Positions 8,844 to 17,772 of a DNA stretch of 64,000 nt are shown piece by piece; the first letter of the stretch is position 1, and each line of letters begins with the position of its first letter. This DNA comes from Ruminococcus sp. UBA7013 (GTDB lineage Bacteria; Bacillota; Clostridia; Oscillospirales; Ruminococcaceae), in NCBI GenBank assembly GCA_002449585.1, contig DJXD01000053.1:63781-127780 (forward strand). The letters are read 5' to 3'. The notes below the pieces were generated by a model. That model did not search any database and was not told where the DNA came from. It saw only the letters and a program-made list of their open reading frames with translations. Both the position numbers and the translations under genes were made by a program.

Positions 8844-10736
8844 ATGAAAAAAGTAATTTATAAGCGGATGTTGGCCGGACTTCTGGCATTTGGCTGTGGG
8901 GTGGGATCTTTGCCCCTGATGGCGGTCAATGCTGAGGAAGCTGTGATTTATGCATCAGATTTTGAAGATGGCGACGCATCTGCCTGGACAAACAGAGGCG
9001 ACAGAGATACAACAGTATTATCTGTAAATTCTGATAATGCTGTTAGCGGTTCTAAAGCGCTGTGCGCAAGCGGACGCTCGAAATCATGGAATGGCCCTGC
9101 TTTTCAGCTGGATGATAAGTGCAAGCCGGGTACAGTTTATCTTGTCAGTGCGCAGGCCATGGGACAGTATTATACCAGCGTAACTGTCAGCTTTCAGTAT
9201 ACGGATATCAATGGCGAACAGCATTATGAAAATCTGGTCAATCTCAATGGCAGCGGATGGCAGTCTTTTTCTGATCTGAAAGTTAGCTTTACAGAAGAAA
9301 TGAAAGACGTTTTTGTGTATTTCGAAGGCGGTTCGGATAATATTTATATTGATGATTTTGAACTCAAAGAAGCACCTGTATATCATCCACAGACGGATAT
9401 TGTTTCCCTGAAAGATGCTTATAGTCAATATTTCAAGATCGGAACGGCAGTGACAACCAAAGAACTTGCACCAGCTTCTACACAAGAATTGATTCTGAAG
9501 CATTTCAACAGCATCACGCCCGGTAATGAAATGAAACCGGATGCGATTCTTGATAAAAATGCTTGCCTTGCAATGGCAGAATCCGGGGATGATGAAAATC
9601 CTCAAGTAAATCTTGCAAGTGCAAAGTCGATTCTGAATTTTGCACGGGATCATAAAATTCCTGTCAGAGGACATGTCCTGATCTGGCATCAGCAGACACC
9701 AACATGGTTTTTTAAAGAAAATTATGATGAAAATGCAGACTGGGTTTCAAAAGAAAAAATGCTCGTCCGCATGGAGAATTATATCAAGAATGTATTTGCA
9801 GCTGTACAGGAAGAATATCCGGATGTTGATTTCTATGCATGGGATGTTGTAAATGAGTGCTGGCTCGATGATGGAAGCGCACGGCAGCCCGGTTCACAGG
9901 AAGAAGGCTCTGCAAAATCGCCATGGGTGCAGATCTTTGGGGATAATTCTTTTATTAAGCCTGCTTTTGAATTTGCTAAAAAATATGCTCCGGAAGGCTG
10001 TAAGTTATATTATAATGATTTCAATGAATACATGCCCGGCAAAACCCCCGCAATTGTGAAAATGGTAGAAGAAATTAATGCAGATGGACATTATATTGAT
10101 GGCATCGGTATGCAGTCCCACCTTGGCACAGATCTGTTCCCGGCGGTCAGCCTGTATAAAAAGACGCTGAAAGCATTCAGTGAAACCGGACTAGATATTC
10201 AGGTGACAGAACTGGATCACATGATCAGCGGTACAGATAAATTTGAAGAACAGGCGCAGTATTATTCTGATATTATGGATGCGATTATGGAATATCAGGA
10301 TCATATTTCAGCTGTTGTCTTCTGGGGAACGACAGATGATCAAAGCTGGAGAGCTTCCAAATATCCGCTTTTGTTCAATGAGGATTATACCGCAAAGCCG
10401 GCATTTTATTCCATCGTTGATGGTCTGGAAATTCCCGATACTTCTGAGGAAACAACAGAACCCTCGACAGAAGAAACAACCCCGGATACAACCCAGGAAA
10501 CAACAGATTCTGAAACGCTCATCCCTGGTGATGTGAATGGGGACGGAACGGCAAATATTATGGATGTCATTCTGCTGAATAAGGCCATTTATGGAAAAGC
10601 AGATCTGAATGATGAACAGCTGAAAGCTGGCGATCTGAATAAAAACGGAAAGCCGGATGCGACAGATTCTCTCAATATCATGAAGCTGATTGTTAAATTA
10701 ATCACTGTAGAAGATTTACAAAATCTTGCTGAATAA
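8844..10736 (+). CDS. Cellulosomal endo-1,4-beta-xylanase: signal peptide - CBM22-like - GH10 - Thr/Glu linker - dockerin
   Basis: GH10 signatures WDVVNE (acid/base Glu) and VTELD (nucleophile Glu), plus GHVLIWHQQTP and IDGIGMQSHL. The N-terminal roughly 140-aa CBM has the CBM22/CBM4_9 pattern. The C-terminal dockerin is GDVNGDGTANIMDVILLNKAIYGKADL...NKNGKPDATDSLNIMKLIVKLI. Confidence 0.92.
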   Translation: MKKVIYKRMLAGLLAFGCGVGSLPLMAVNAEEAVIYASDFEDGDASAWTNRGDRDTTVLSVNSDNAVSGSKALCASGRSKSWNGPAFQLDDKCKPGTVYLVSAQAMGQYYTSVTVSFQYTDINGEQHYENLVNLNGSGWQSFSDLKVSFTEEMKDVFVYFEGGSDNIYIDDFELKEAPVYHPQTDIVSLKDAYSQYFKIGTAVTTKELAPASTQELILKHFNSITPGNEMKPDAILDKNACLAMAESGDDENPQVNLASAKSILNFARDHKIPVRGHVLIWHQQTPTWFFKENYDENADWVSKEKMLVRMENYIKNVFAAVQEEYPDVDFYAWDVVNECWLDDGSARQPGSQEEGSAKSPWVQIFGDNSFIKPAFEFAKKYAPEGCKLYYNDFNEYMPGKTPAIVKMVEEINADGHYIDGIGMQSHLGTDLFPAVSLYKKTLKAFSETGLDIQVTELDHMISGTDKFEEQAQYYSDIMDAIMEYQDHISAVVFWGTTDDQSWRASKYPLLFNEDYTAKPAFYSIVDGLEIPDTSEETTEPSTEETTPDTTQETTDSETLIPGDVNGDGTANIMDVILLNKAIYGKADLNDEQLKAGDLNKNGKPDATDSLNIMKLIVKLITVEDLQNLAE

Positions 10737-10743
10737 TCAAAAT

Positions 10744-10779
10744 CACCGCTGTACAGAACAACTGCACAGCGGTTTTTTT
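10744..10779 (+). terminator. Terminator after the xylanase gene
   Basis: Stem accgctgtacag/ctgcacagcggt (one mismatch) followed by a T7 run. It overlaps the convergent coaBC stop codon. Confidence 0.6.
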
Positions 10780-11962
10780 ACTGCATGATTTGATCTAAAA
10801 TTTTATGAGCAATTTCTTCTTTGGAAAGCATCGGCAGTGCAATTTCTGATTGCATTGTGATTATCGTCAGAATATTCGTATCTGTTCCGAATCCTGCGCC
10901 CTCCTGTGTCAGGCTGTTCGCACAGATCATATCACAATGCTTGGATTGCAGTTTCTTCCGGGAGTTTTCCAGCATGTTTTCCGTTTCCATAGAAAAGCCG
11001 CATAAAAATTGCTGATCCGGCTTATGTTCACCTAGATATTTTAAAATATCCTGCGTGCGTTTTAATCTGATTTCTGAATGATCCCCCGATTTCTTGATTT
11101 TCTGTTCTGCTGGTTCAGCAGGTGTGAAATCCGCAACTGCTGCGGTCATGATAATTATATCCTGCTGGTTTGAAATAGCAGTCACCGCTTCAAACATATC
11201 TTGAGCAGATTTCACATGAATCAAATGTACGAACATCGGGGGCTTGACTTCTGTATGTCCTGCGATCAGTGTTACATCTGCGCCACGATAGATAGCCGCC
11301 TTTGCAATCGCAAAGCCCATTTTTCCGGTGGAATGATTTGTAATAAATCTTACCGGATCAATAGATTCCTGTGTTGCCCCAGCAGTCACAAGGATTTTTT
11401 TCCCGGTCAGATCTTTTGCAAAAGCGATTTCTTTCAGAATGTATTCTAATAATACAGATTCTTCCGGCATTCTGCCGTCTCCCATATCGCCATTGGCAAG
11501 CATTCCCTGATCCGGCTTGATGATTTCATAGCCGAAACGCTCCAGCTTTGCAAGATTATCCTGCACAATGGGGTTGTGATACATGTTATGATTCATTGCC
11601 GGAGAAATGATTTTTTTACAGGGGCAGGCCATCACAGTGGTTGTCAGCATATCATCTGCAATGCCGTTTGCAATCTTGCCGATCACATTGGCAGAAGCCG
11701 GGGCAATCATGACAACATCAGCCTGTTTGGCGAGTGCGACATGTTCGACACTATATTGAAAATTCCGGTCAAATGTATCAATCAGGCATTTATTTCCTGT
11801 GAGGGTCTCGAATGTAACAGGATTGATGAATTGCGTTGCGTTCTGTGTCATGAGTACATGGACATTACAATGCAGTTTTTTAAGCATTCTTGCCAGATTG
11901 GCGATTTTATAGGCGGCAATGCTTCCGGTTACGCCGAGCAGTACGGTTTTATTTTTTAACAT
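10778..11962 (-). CDS. coaBC: Bifunctional phosphopantothenoylcysteine decarboxylase / phosphopantothenate-cysteine ligase
   Basis: N-terminal flavoprotein motif LLGVTGSIAAYK, a C-terminal CoaB domain (ITNHSTGKMG, AAVADF), 394 aa. Confidence 0.92.
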   Translation of the reverse strand: MLKNKTVLLGVTGSIAAYKIANLARMLKKLHCNVHVLMTQNATQFINPVTFETLTGNKCLIDTFDRNFQYSVEHVALAKQADVVMIAPASANVIGKIANGIADDMLTTTVMACPCKKIISPAMNHNMYHNPIVQDNLAKLERFGYEIIKPDQGMLANGDMGDGRMPEESVLLEYILKEIAFAKDLTGKKILVTAGATQESIDPVRFITNHSTGKMGFAIAKAAIYRGADVTLIAGHTEVKPPMFVHLIHVKSAQDMFEAVTAISNQQDIIIMTAAVADFTPAEPAEQKIKKSGDHSEIRLKRTQDILKYLGEHKPDQQFLCGFSMETENMLENSRKKLQSKHCDMICANSLTQEGAGFGTDTNILTIITMQSEIALPMLSKEEIAHKILDQIMQ

Positions 11963-12088
11963 AGGGCAGACCTTTCTTTCTGATTTTTTTTATTATAGCA
12001 CAGACGGGCTGTATTTGTCAAGAAGGGAATTCTGACATGTTTGGCATATTATACAAAAAAGATATTGTTTTTTTGTGAAATTTTTAAA

Positions 12089-12117
12089 TTGACAAATTGA
12101 TAAAAATGAGTTATAAT
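12089..12117 (+). promoter_or_regulatory. Promoter upstream of the LRR-dockerin (pseudo)gene
   Basis: TTGACA (12089-12094), a 17-nt spacer, TATAAT (12112-12117). Confidence 0.55.
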
Positions 12118-12182
12118 GATCTTAACAGGACAGATATAGAATATCCTGTTAAAAATAGTTAAGAGGTTGAGCTTATGAAAAA

Positions 12183-13004
12183 ATGGCTTTTGGGTCTGTG
12201 CTTTGTTTGTCAATGATTCCGGGACAGATGCCGGTTGTTATGCATCCTGTAGCTGTTGCCGCAGAAAGTACAGAAGAAGCTGTAGTTATGAATTCTGTCA
12301 AGTATATATTAGTAACAGAAGCAGATAGAACATATTATCAGGGAACAGAAGTCATTGACAAAAATATTACTTCTGTGATCATTCCAGCGGAGATTAATGG
12401 CAAAAGTGCAGAAATTCATCAGAATATTTTTTCTCAATGTCCTAATCTGAAAGAAATCATCATACAAGAAGGTAATATTTATAATACCAGTGCAGATGGT
12501 GTTTTATTTAGTGATGGCGGCTATAAAATGCTGGCATATGAATTAAAAAATTTATCTGTATTGGAATCTGTGATTTATTACGAACCGGAAACATATATAG
12601 AAGGCATGAACCGGGAAAAGCAAGATAATGCAAGTGAGACGATTTCTATTAAAATGGAAAAGAAATAATTATATATTCCTGCTTTTCCGACAGCTGAAAA
12701 CTGTGGAGATTTTACAGTATATGGTGATCCGGGGAATGAGATTTTGAAATATTCCTGTGAATATCATAATATGAAGTTTGAACCATTGCAACAGGAAAAT
12801 AAAATAACTGGTGATATTAATAATGATGACAATGTTGATATCTTGGATGTCATTCTGATCAATAAGGCGATATATGGCAAAACAGAGCTGACAGAAGCAC
12901 AACGCAAGGCGGCGGATGTTAATAATGATGGAAAACCAGATGCCAATGATTCACTTATGATTATGAAATATATTATCAAGCTGATTGATACTTTATCAGA
13001 ATAA
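12183..13004 (+). pseudogene. BspA-type leucine-rich-repeat protein with C-terminal dockerin, interrupted by an in-frame TAA at 12666-12668
   Basis: ORFs 12183-12668 and 12744-13004 are in the same reading frame. The stretch between them is otherwise open and reads LYIPAFPTAENCGDFTVYGDPGNEILKYSCEYHNMKF. The upstream part has LRR-like motifs (ITSVIIPAEINGKS..IFSQCPNLKEIII..DGVLFS). The downstream part is a complete dockerin. Confidence 0.6.
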
Positions 13005-13007
13005 TAT

Positions 13008-13030
13008 AAGCCCGGCAGTGCCGGGCTTTT
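13008..13030. terminator. Bidirectional terminator hairpin
   Basis: Stem aagcccgg/ccgggctt with a cagtg loop and a T-run, located between convergent genes. Confidence 0.65.
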
Positions 13031-13031
13031 C

Positions 13032-14171
13032 TTATGGATTCACATGAAAGACGAGTCTTAAAATATACATGTCCGGATCTTGCTGAAAATTGATCGTTCC
13101 CCCTGTTTTCTGGAAAATCTGCGCATTCCAGATAGATTCATGATCAAATAGATCAGAAACCGCCGCTTCATAAGTTGCTTTATCTGCAAACATGATTTCG
13201 ATTCTGCCGTCAGCAAGATGCTCTGAGAGAAAATGATCCAATTCTGAAAAATCATATTCTGTAAAATAATTCCCACTGTGAACAAAATAATTATCTTCCA
13301 GAGAGGTGCATTCCGGATAAAATTGATCTTCATCCAGTGTCCTGCTCCGGAACAGCATTTCATCATTGATCAGAAAATAATTGTGATGAATCCAGTCCGC
13401 AGAAAGAGAGGTTTCAGAAACAGGATCATTCCAGGTAACATCTACCCAATAATATTGATCATGCAGTTTGACATAATTCCATGCATGGGCTTCTCCGTCC
13501 GCATTGCCGGAGCAGATGCCGCATTCTATCCCAAGACGGTTGAGGAGGATCTGAAACGCCTGGGCATAACCCTGGCAGACGGCTTTTCCCTCGATCAGAC
13601 AGCCGTAAGCCGTACTCCAGAGACCTTTTCCAGAGTGCGCAGCGGATTCATCATAGACAGTATGCGTAATCAGATAATCATGAATCTGCAATATTTTATC
13701 ATAATCTGACAGATCCGGGCTGATCTCCTGAAGAATAGCATCCTCAGCGGCCTGAAGTTCTTCGCACATGCGCTGGAGATCCTCAGGGGAATAATCATTG
13801 ATGATTTTAAAATCCAGTTCTGCAAAATTATCATTATAGCGCATAGAATAGCCATTGATCCAGAAGATTTCAGGGTGTTGGCGTTCCAATTCTCCGACGG
13901 CATGGGACATTTCCTGAATATCTATTTTATAATTAAAGCACACAGAAGGCTGAAACTGGATTAATGCATGATAGAGGGCATCACAGAGAGGAATTTCAGG
14001 AGAAAGCGGCTCAGGGCTTTCTTTAGGAGGGGCAGTGATGGAAGTATAAGGCGGATTTTCGGCAGTTGCCAGCGGAACGGATTCAGGGATATATTCCACC
14101 ACGAGGGAACATCCTGTCAGCAGAAGCAGGAAGATCATGCAGAGCGGAGCATAATTTTTCAAGGCGCACAC
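13032..14171 (-). CDS. Transglutaminase-like (cysteine protease fold) lipoprotein
   Basis: Lipobox LLLLTGCS. Transglutaminase-core Cys-His-Asp context GKAVCQGYAQAF ... AHAWNYV ... YWVDVTW. Confidence 0.8.
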   Translation of the reverse strand: MCALKNYAPLCMIFLLLLTGCSLVVEYIPESVPLATAENPPYTSITAPPKESPEPLSPEIPLCDALYHALIQFQPSVCFNYKIDIQEMSHAVGELERQHPEIFWINGYSMRYNDNFAELDFKIINDYSPEDLQRMCEELQAAEDAILQEISPDLSDYDKILQIHDYLITHTVYDESAAHSGKGLWSTAYGCLIEGKAVCQGYAQAFQILLNRLGIECGICSGNADGEAHAWNYVKLHDQYYWVDVTWNDPVSETSLSADWIHHNYFLINDEMLFRSRTLDEDQFYPECTSLEDNYFVHSGNYFTEYDFSELDHFLSEHLADGRIEIMFADKATYEAAVSDLFDHESIWNAQIFQKTGGTINFQQDPDMYILRLVFHVNP

Positions 14172-14233
14172 CTCCGAATTCAGGATTCTTTTTATTAGTA
14201 TAGCATAAAATTTCAGAAATGTAAAGGAAAAAT

Positions 14234-14267
14234 ATGAAAAAAATAACTCCCTGCAATGGCAGGGAGT
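14234..14267 (-). terminator. Terminator downstream of the GNAT gene
   Basis: Stem actccctgc/gcagggagt, followed on the minus strand by a T-rich run. Confidence 0.65.
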
Positions 14268-14272
14268 GTTAT

Positions 14273-14743
14273 TTACAGAATGGTTTCTAATCCGGTTTTA
14301 TAAGGCTTCATGCCCATGGCCTGATAAAAGGCTTCTGCTGCCGGGTTGCACGTCCAGACATTCAACGTCACGTTGTAACAGCCGATAGATCTGGCATAAT
14401 CAAGAATATATTGATATAATTCTGTGCCGATATGCTTTCCCCGAACAAGGGTTTCCACACACAGATCATCAATATAGAGCGTTTTTCTTTCTGTCTGAAT
14501 ATTATCATTATGATAGATTTTCAGTATACAGAAGACATAGCCCAGCAGATTCCCGGCATCATCCAGACCGATGAAGACGGGACGAGTTTCATCCCGGAGG
14601 AGGGCTTTTAATTCTGCATCTGTATATTTTTTACAATTGGCCTTGAATAAATCCGGTCTGCCTTCATGATGTACAGAAAGTACTTGATATAGCAGACGGT
14701 TGATCATGGGAATATGTTCTGCCTTTGCTCTGATAATACGCAT
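14273..14743 (-). CDS. GNAT family N-acetyltransferase
   Basis: Acetyl-CoA binding motif (VETLVRGKHIGTELY). The start at 14743 (MRIIRAK) was chosen because it lies just after the upstream stop codon and has an AGGCGG RBS. Confidence 0.8.
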   Translation of the reverse strand: MRIIRAKAEHIPMINRLLYQVLSVHHEGRPDLFKANCKKYTDAELKALLRDETRPVFIGLDDAGNLLGYVFCILKIYHNDNIQTERKTLYIDDLCVETLVRGKHIGTELYQYILDYARSIGCYNVTLNVWTCNPAAEAFYQAMGMKPYKTGLETIL

Positions 14744-14756
14744 AATATAGCCGCCT

Positions 14757-15995
14757 TTACAGTATAATGCCATTCAGCCGGAGCAGATCTCTGGCTGAAA
14801 AAACAGAGTCAACACCTTCGGCATTCTTGACAGGGGCAAACTCCTGATTTCTCTGTACTTCATAGGAGAGACAACTATCCTGTAAATGAATCATATCCAG
14901 AACGAGGGATTCAAATTTATAGGCATTTGGCTCTTCTGGTTTGATCAGAATACCGTTTTCATCAAGATAGGAGACTTTTTTATGAACAACATGAACAGGG
15001 AGATGATTATTTAATAATGCAATCAATTTTTCTGTTTGAAACAGATAATTCAAGATAACACCATAATTATAAGACAATCTGCCATCTGGTTCATGGTCAT
15101 GGATCATTTCGGGAGTCATTTCATAATATTCAACAATAGAGGGTTTTCCGTCTTCGAGACACAACACGCCAACACGTTCCTCCGGAGCAGCTTTGCTGAC
15201 GACTTTACTACCGGAATCGCAACCAGAAAGGAGCGTTGCACCGATAAAGCAGGGATCTGCAATTTTCTGCAATACATTGTCAACAGCAAATACATTCAGC
15301 CAGGAAATGCCTTCTTTTTGCAGCAGATTTACAAGGCCAGCTTTTGCAAGAGAGGAGAACCAGCCGCCATTTCCATTGGGAGAGGTGGCAATCCGGCCTT
15401 TTTCTTCCAGAAGGATTTTCCCGTCAGGAGCAACAGCAGGAGCCATTTCCTGCACAAAGAAATGAATATATTCAGGATTATAGCCGAAATATTTCATTTC
15501 TTCAAAAAATTCACGGGTATCTTCATCATTTTTTTCGCTGGTCATAATAAACAGCGGAACAAAAGAACCAGCTTGATCTACAACCTGCATTAGATTATGA
15601 ATCAGACATTCAAAGATATATAACGGTTTGGAAAGGCCTATATTATACATGCCTTTGGGTTTGTCAAATCCGAGACGTGTTCCCATGCCGCCGGCGAGAA
15701 GAACAGCGCCAACTTTTCCTTGTCGGATCGCATCCAGCCCGGCAGCTGTAAATTTTTCTTTATTTTCAGCGATTTCATCCAGCGTCAGTGCGCCAAGTGG
15801 TTCGATCCTGCCTCTGGTGGCTTCGCCATTTTTCTGATAGTCAGCAAATACATTCAGGAGACTGGTATCCAGAGCAGCGATCTGTTCCAACAGCTGATAT
15901 TGTTCTGTATCATTCAAAGATTCATACCATCTGAGCAGATGAGACTGCTCGCAGGCGTTCAGTTTGGCTTTGGCCTCTGTGTAGGTCATAAACAT
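14757..15995 (-). CDS. UDPGP-family UDP-sugar (UDP-GlcNAc-type) pyrophosphorylase
   Basis: Signature LLAGGMGTRLGFDKPKGMY and overall UAP1/UDPGP-like layout, 412 aa. Confidence 0.75.
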   Translation of the reverse strand: MFMTYTEAKAKLNACEQSHLLRWYESLNDTEQYQLLEQIAALDTSLLNVFADYQKNGEATRGRIEPLGALTLDEIAENKEKFTAAGLDAIRQGKVGAVLLAGGMGTRLGFDKPKGMYNIGLSKPLYIFECLIHNLMQVVDQAGSFVPLFIMTSEKNDEDTREFFEEMKYFGYNPEYIHFFVQEMAPAVAPDGKILLEEKGRIATSPNGNGGWFSSLAKAGLVNLLQKEGISWLNVFAVDNVLQKIADPCFIGATLLSGCDSGSKVVSKAAPEERVGVLCLEDGKPSIVEYYEMTPEMIHDHEPDGRLSYNYGVILNYLFQTEKLIALLNNHLPVHVVHKKVSYLDENGILIKPEEPNAYKFESLVLDMIHLQDSCLSYEVQRNQEFAPVKNAEGVDSVFSARDLLRLNGIIL

Positions 15996-16083
15996 CAGTC
16001 CTTGCTTGAAATTTTTATCATGTTTTTATTATAGCATGAATTGCGCAGAAAATCAAGAGGGAAAATAAATATTTTCACAATGG

Positions 16084-17190
16084 CTATTTTGCTACGGCAT
16101 ATAGATTTGTATCCCAAGCAGGAATATATAATCTATGGCGGATATAAATCTGATAACGAGGATTCAGCCTTTTGACCAGCAAAGGCAGTTCAAATAGATC
16201 CTGATTTCTGTGATAGATCGAAACGCAGAGTTTGGGCGCACGTTTGGAAATAATTTCTCTTGCTCCCCAGAGGACTTCCCGTTCAAAGCCTTCTACGTCC
16301 ATTTTGATTACAGAAATAGAATCATTTTCTAAAAGCGTATCAATACGGCGAGCGGGAACAGGCGTTCCTTCTGTATACAAAGCAGATTGCCGCCCAAAGC
16401 GAGAATTGAATTTGAGTTCTGTATCGTTGCACCATGCAACACAGTGATGTGTTTTGATAGATTTCAGCTTATGTTCCTGAATATAATTTTCCAGCTTGCG
16501 GAAACTTTTCTGATCCGGCTCTATGGCATGAATCAGATAATATTTTTTATCTGTATAACGCAGAAATTCCTGGAGGGTATCGCCATTATAAGCCCCTACA
16601 TCCATAAAAGATTCATTTCGGGAAAGTCTCAGCACCATGCGCAAAATTTTCCCGGGTGGAGAACAGATCTTTTCCAGATAGTGAATATTGCCACTGATCT
16701 TGAATTGAATGACATTCAGATATACCTGTCTGGATTCATTATCAGCCAGCATTCTGTAAACTTGATTGAATTCATGCAAATGATCCATGCAATATTGATA
16801 AGTAAACAGGCCGCCGCCGATGACAGGAACATCAGGAGCATAAAGTGTATGTTTCTTTGCCAGCTGTAAAATATATTGAAATAATTCAGGATAACCAGCG
16901 GCAAATGCAAGGACAATGACAAAATCATCTACCATTTCTTCGACTTCAGAGAGTTTATGCACATGATACCCAGCAAAAGAATGTCCTCTGACAAATTCAT
17001 CACTTGCAAAGATACCAGAAACAGTGATGCCATATTTCTGAAATGCATTCATAATTTTGATTGCACCGTCTCCCATGCCATAAATAAAAATGGGTCTCTT
17101 TTCTTCTTGAAGCCGCTCCCAACAGGTTTTTTTTTCTGTGATCAGGCTTTCCAAGCCTGCCTCTTTCGGGAGCATTGCAGTAACATCCAT
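16084..17190 (-). CDS. FkbM family methyltransferase with an N-terminal Rossmann-like domain
   Basis: FkbM motifs (FMDVGAYNGDT, IKMDVEGFEREVLWGA). Confidence 0.75.
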   Translation of the reverse strand: MDVTAMLPKEAGLESLITEKKTCWERLQEEKRPIFIYGMGDGAIKIMNAFQKYGITVSGIFASDEFVRGHSFAGYHVHKLSEVEEMVDDFVIVLAFAAGYPELFQYILQLAKKHTLYAPDVPVIGGGLFTYQYCMDHLHEFNQVYRMLADNESRQVYLNVIQFKISGNIHYLEKICSPPGKILRMVLRLSRNESFMDVGAYNGDTLQEFLRYTDKKYYLIHAIEPDQKSFRKLENYIQEHKLKSIKTHHCVAWCNDTELKFNSRFGRQSALYTEGTPVPARRIDTLLENDSISVIKMDVEGFEREVLWGAREIISKRAPKLCVSIYHRNQDLFELPLLVKRLNPRYQIYIRHRLYIPAWDTNLYAVAK

Positions 17191-17211
17191 ACAAAACCGT
17201 CCTTTCTTGAT

Positions 17212-17634
17212 TTATTCATCATCATCGTCAATATCATAATCATGATCATCCTGATAATGCTGCGGTGCTGGCGGCGTGCCATACAGATCACGCCCCCGTG
17301 TTCCGTATTTGTCACGGGCGGCATTTACATGCTGATCTAATAAATTCATGAGTTCACGGGGCTTTTTAATACAAGCAATATCCATTTCCGGACGGGTCAC
17401 ATCCCGGCTTGAAATATGAATCGTTCCACACCCGAATATTCTTTGACCTAATGGCAGAAGCAGACGCTTGTCAGTGATTTTATATAAATCAATTTCGTCT
17501 TCAATGATGTTAAAAAAGCCTGTTCGACAGATCAGTTTTGTTTCTGTCAGATAATATACTGTAAAAGACCACGGAAGGCCTAAAAATGTCCGTTTGCGAT
17601 CTTTCCAGAGATAATTAAAATCTTCTTTGGCCAT
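17212..17634 (-). CDS. Bacterial PH-domain-like protein with a poly-acidic tail
   Basis: The central segment resembles bPH domains (..TKLICRTGFFNIIEDEIDLYKITD..) and the C-terminus reads DDHDYDIDDDDE. This is a weak family call. Confidence 0.5.
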   Translation of the reverse strand: MAKEDFNYLWKDRKRTFLGLPWSFTVYYLTETKLICRTGFFNIIEDEIDLYKITDKRLLLPLGQRIFGCGTIHISSRDVTRPEMDIACIKKPRELMNLLDQHVNAARDKYGTRGRDLYGTPPAPQHYQDDHDYDIDDDDE

Positions 17635-17772
17635 AATAGAAATTTCCTTTCAGAATTAAGATTTTCTTTCAGTATATCATATTTTGATAAGTTTGTCAAG
17701 AAATTAAAAAGGCTTTCTGTTGACAGTCTTTTCAGATTATGCTATAATAAATACAGAAATGGGGGAATTTTC

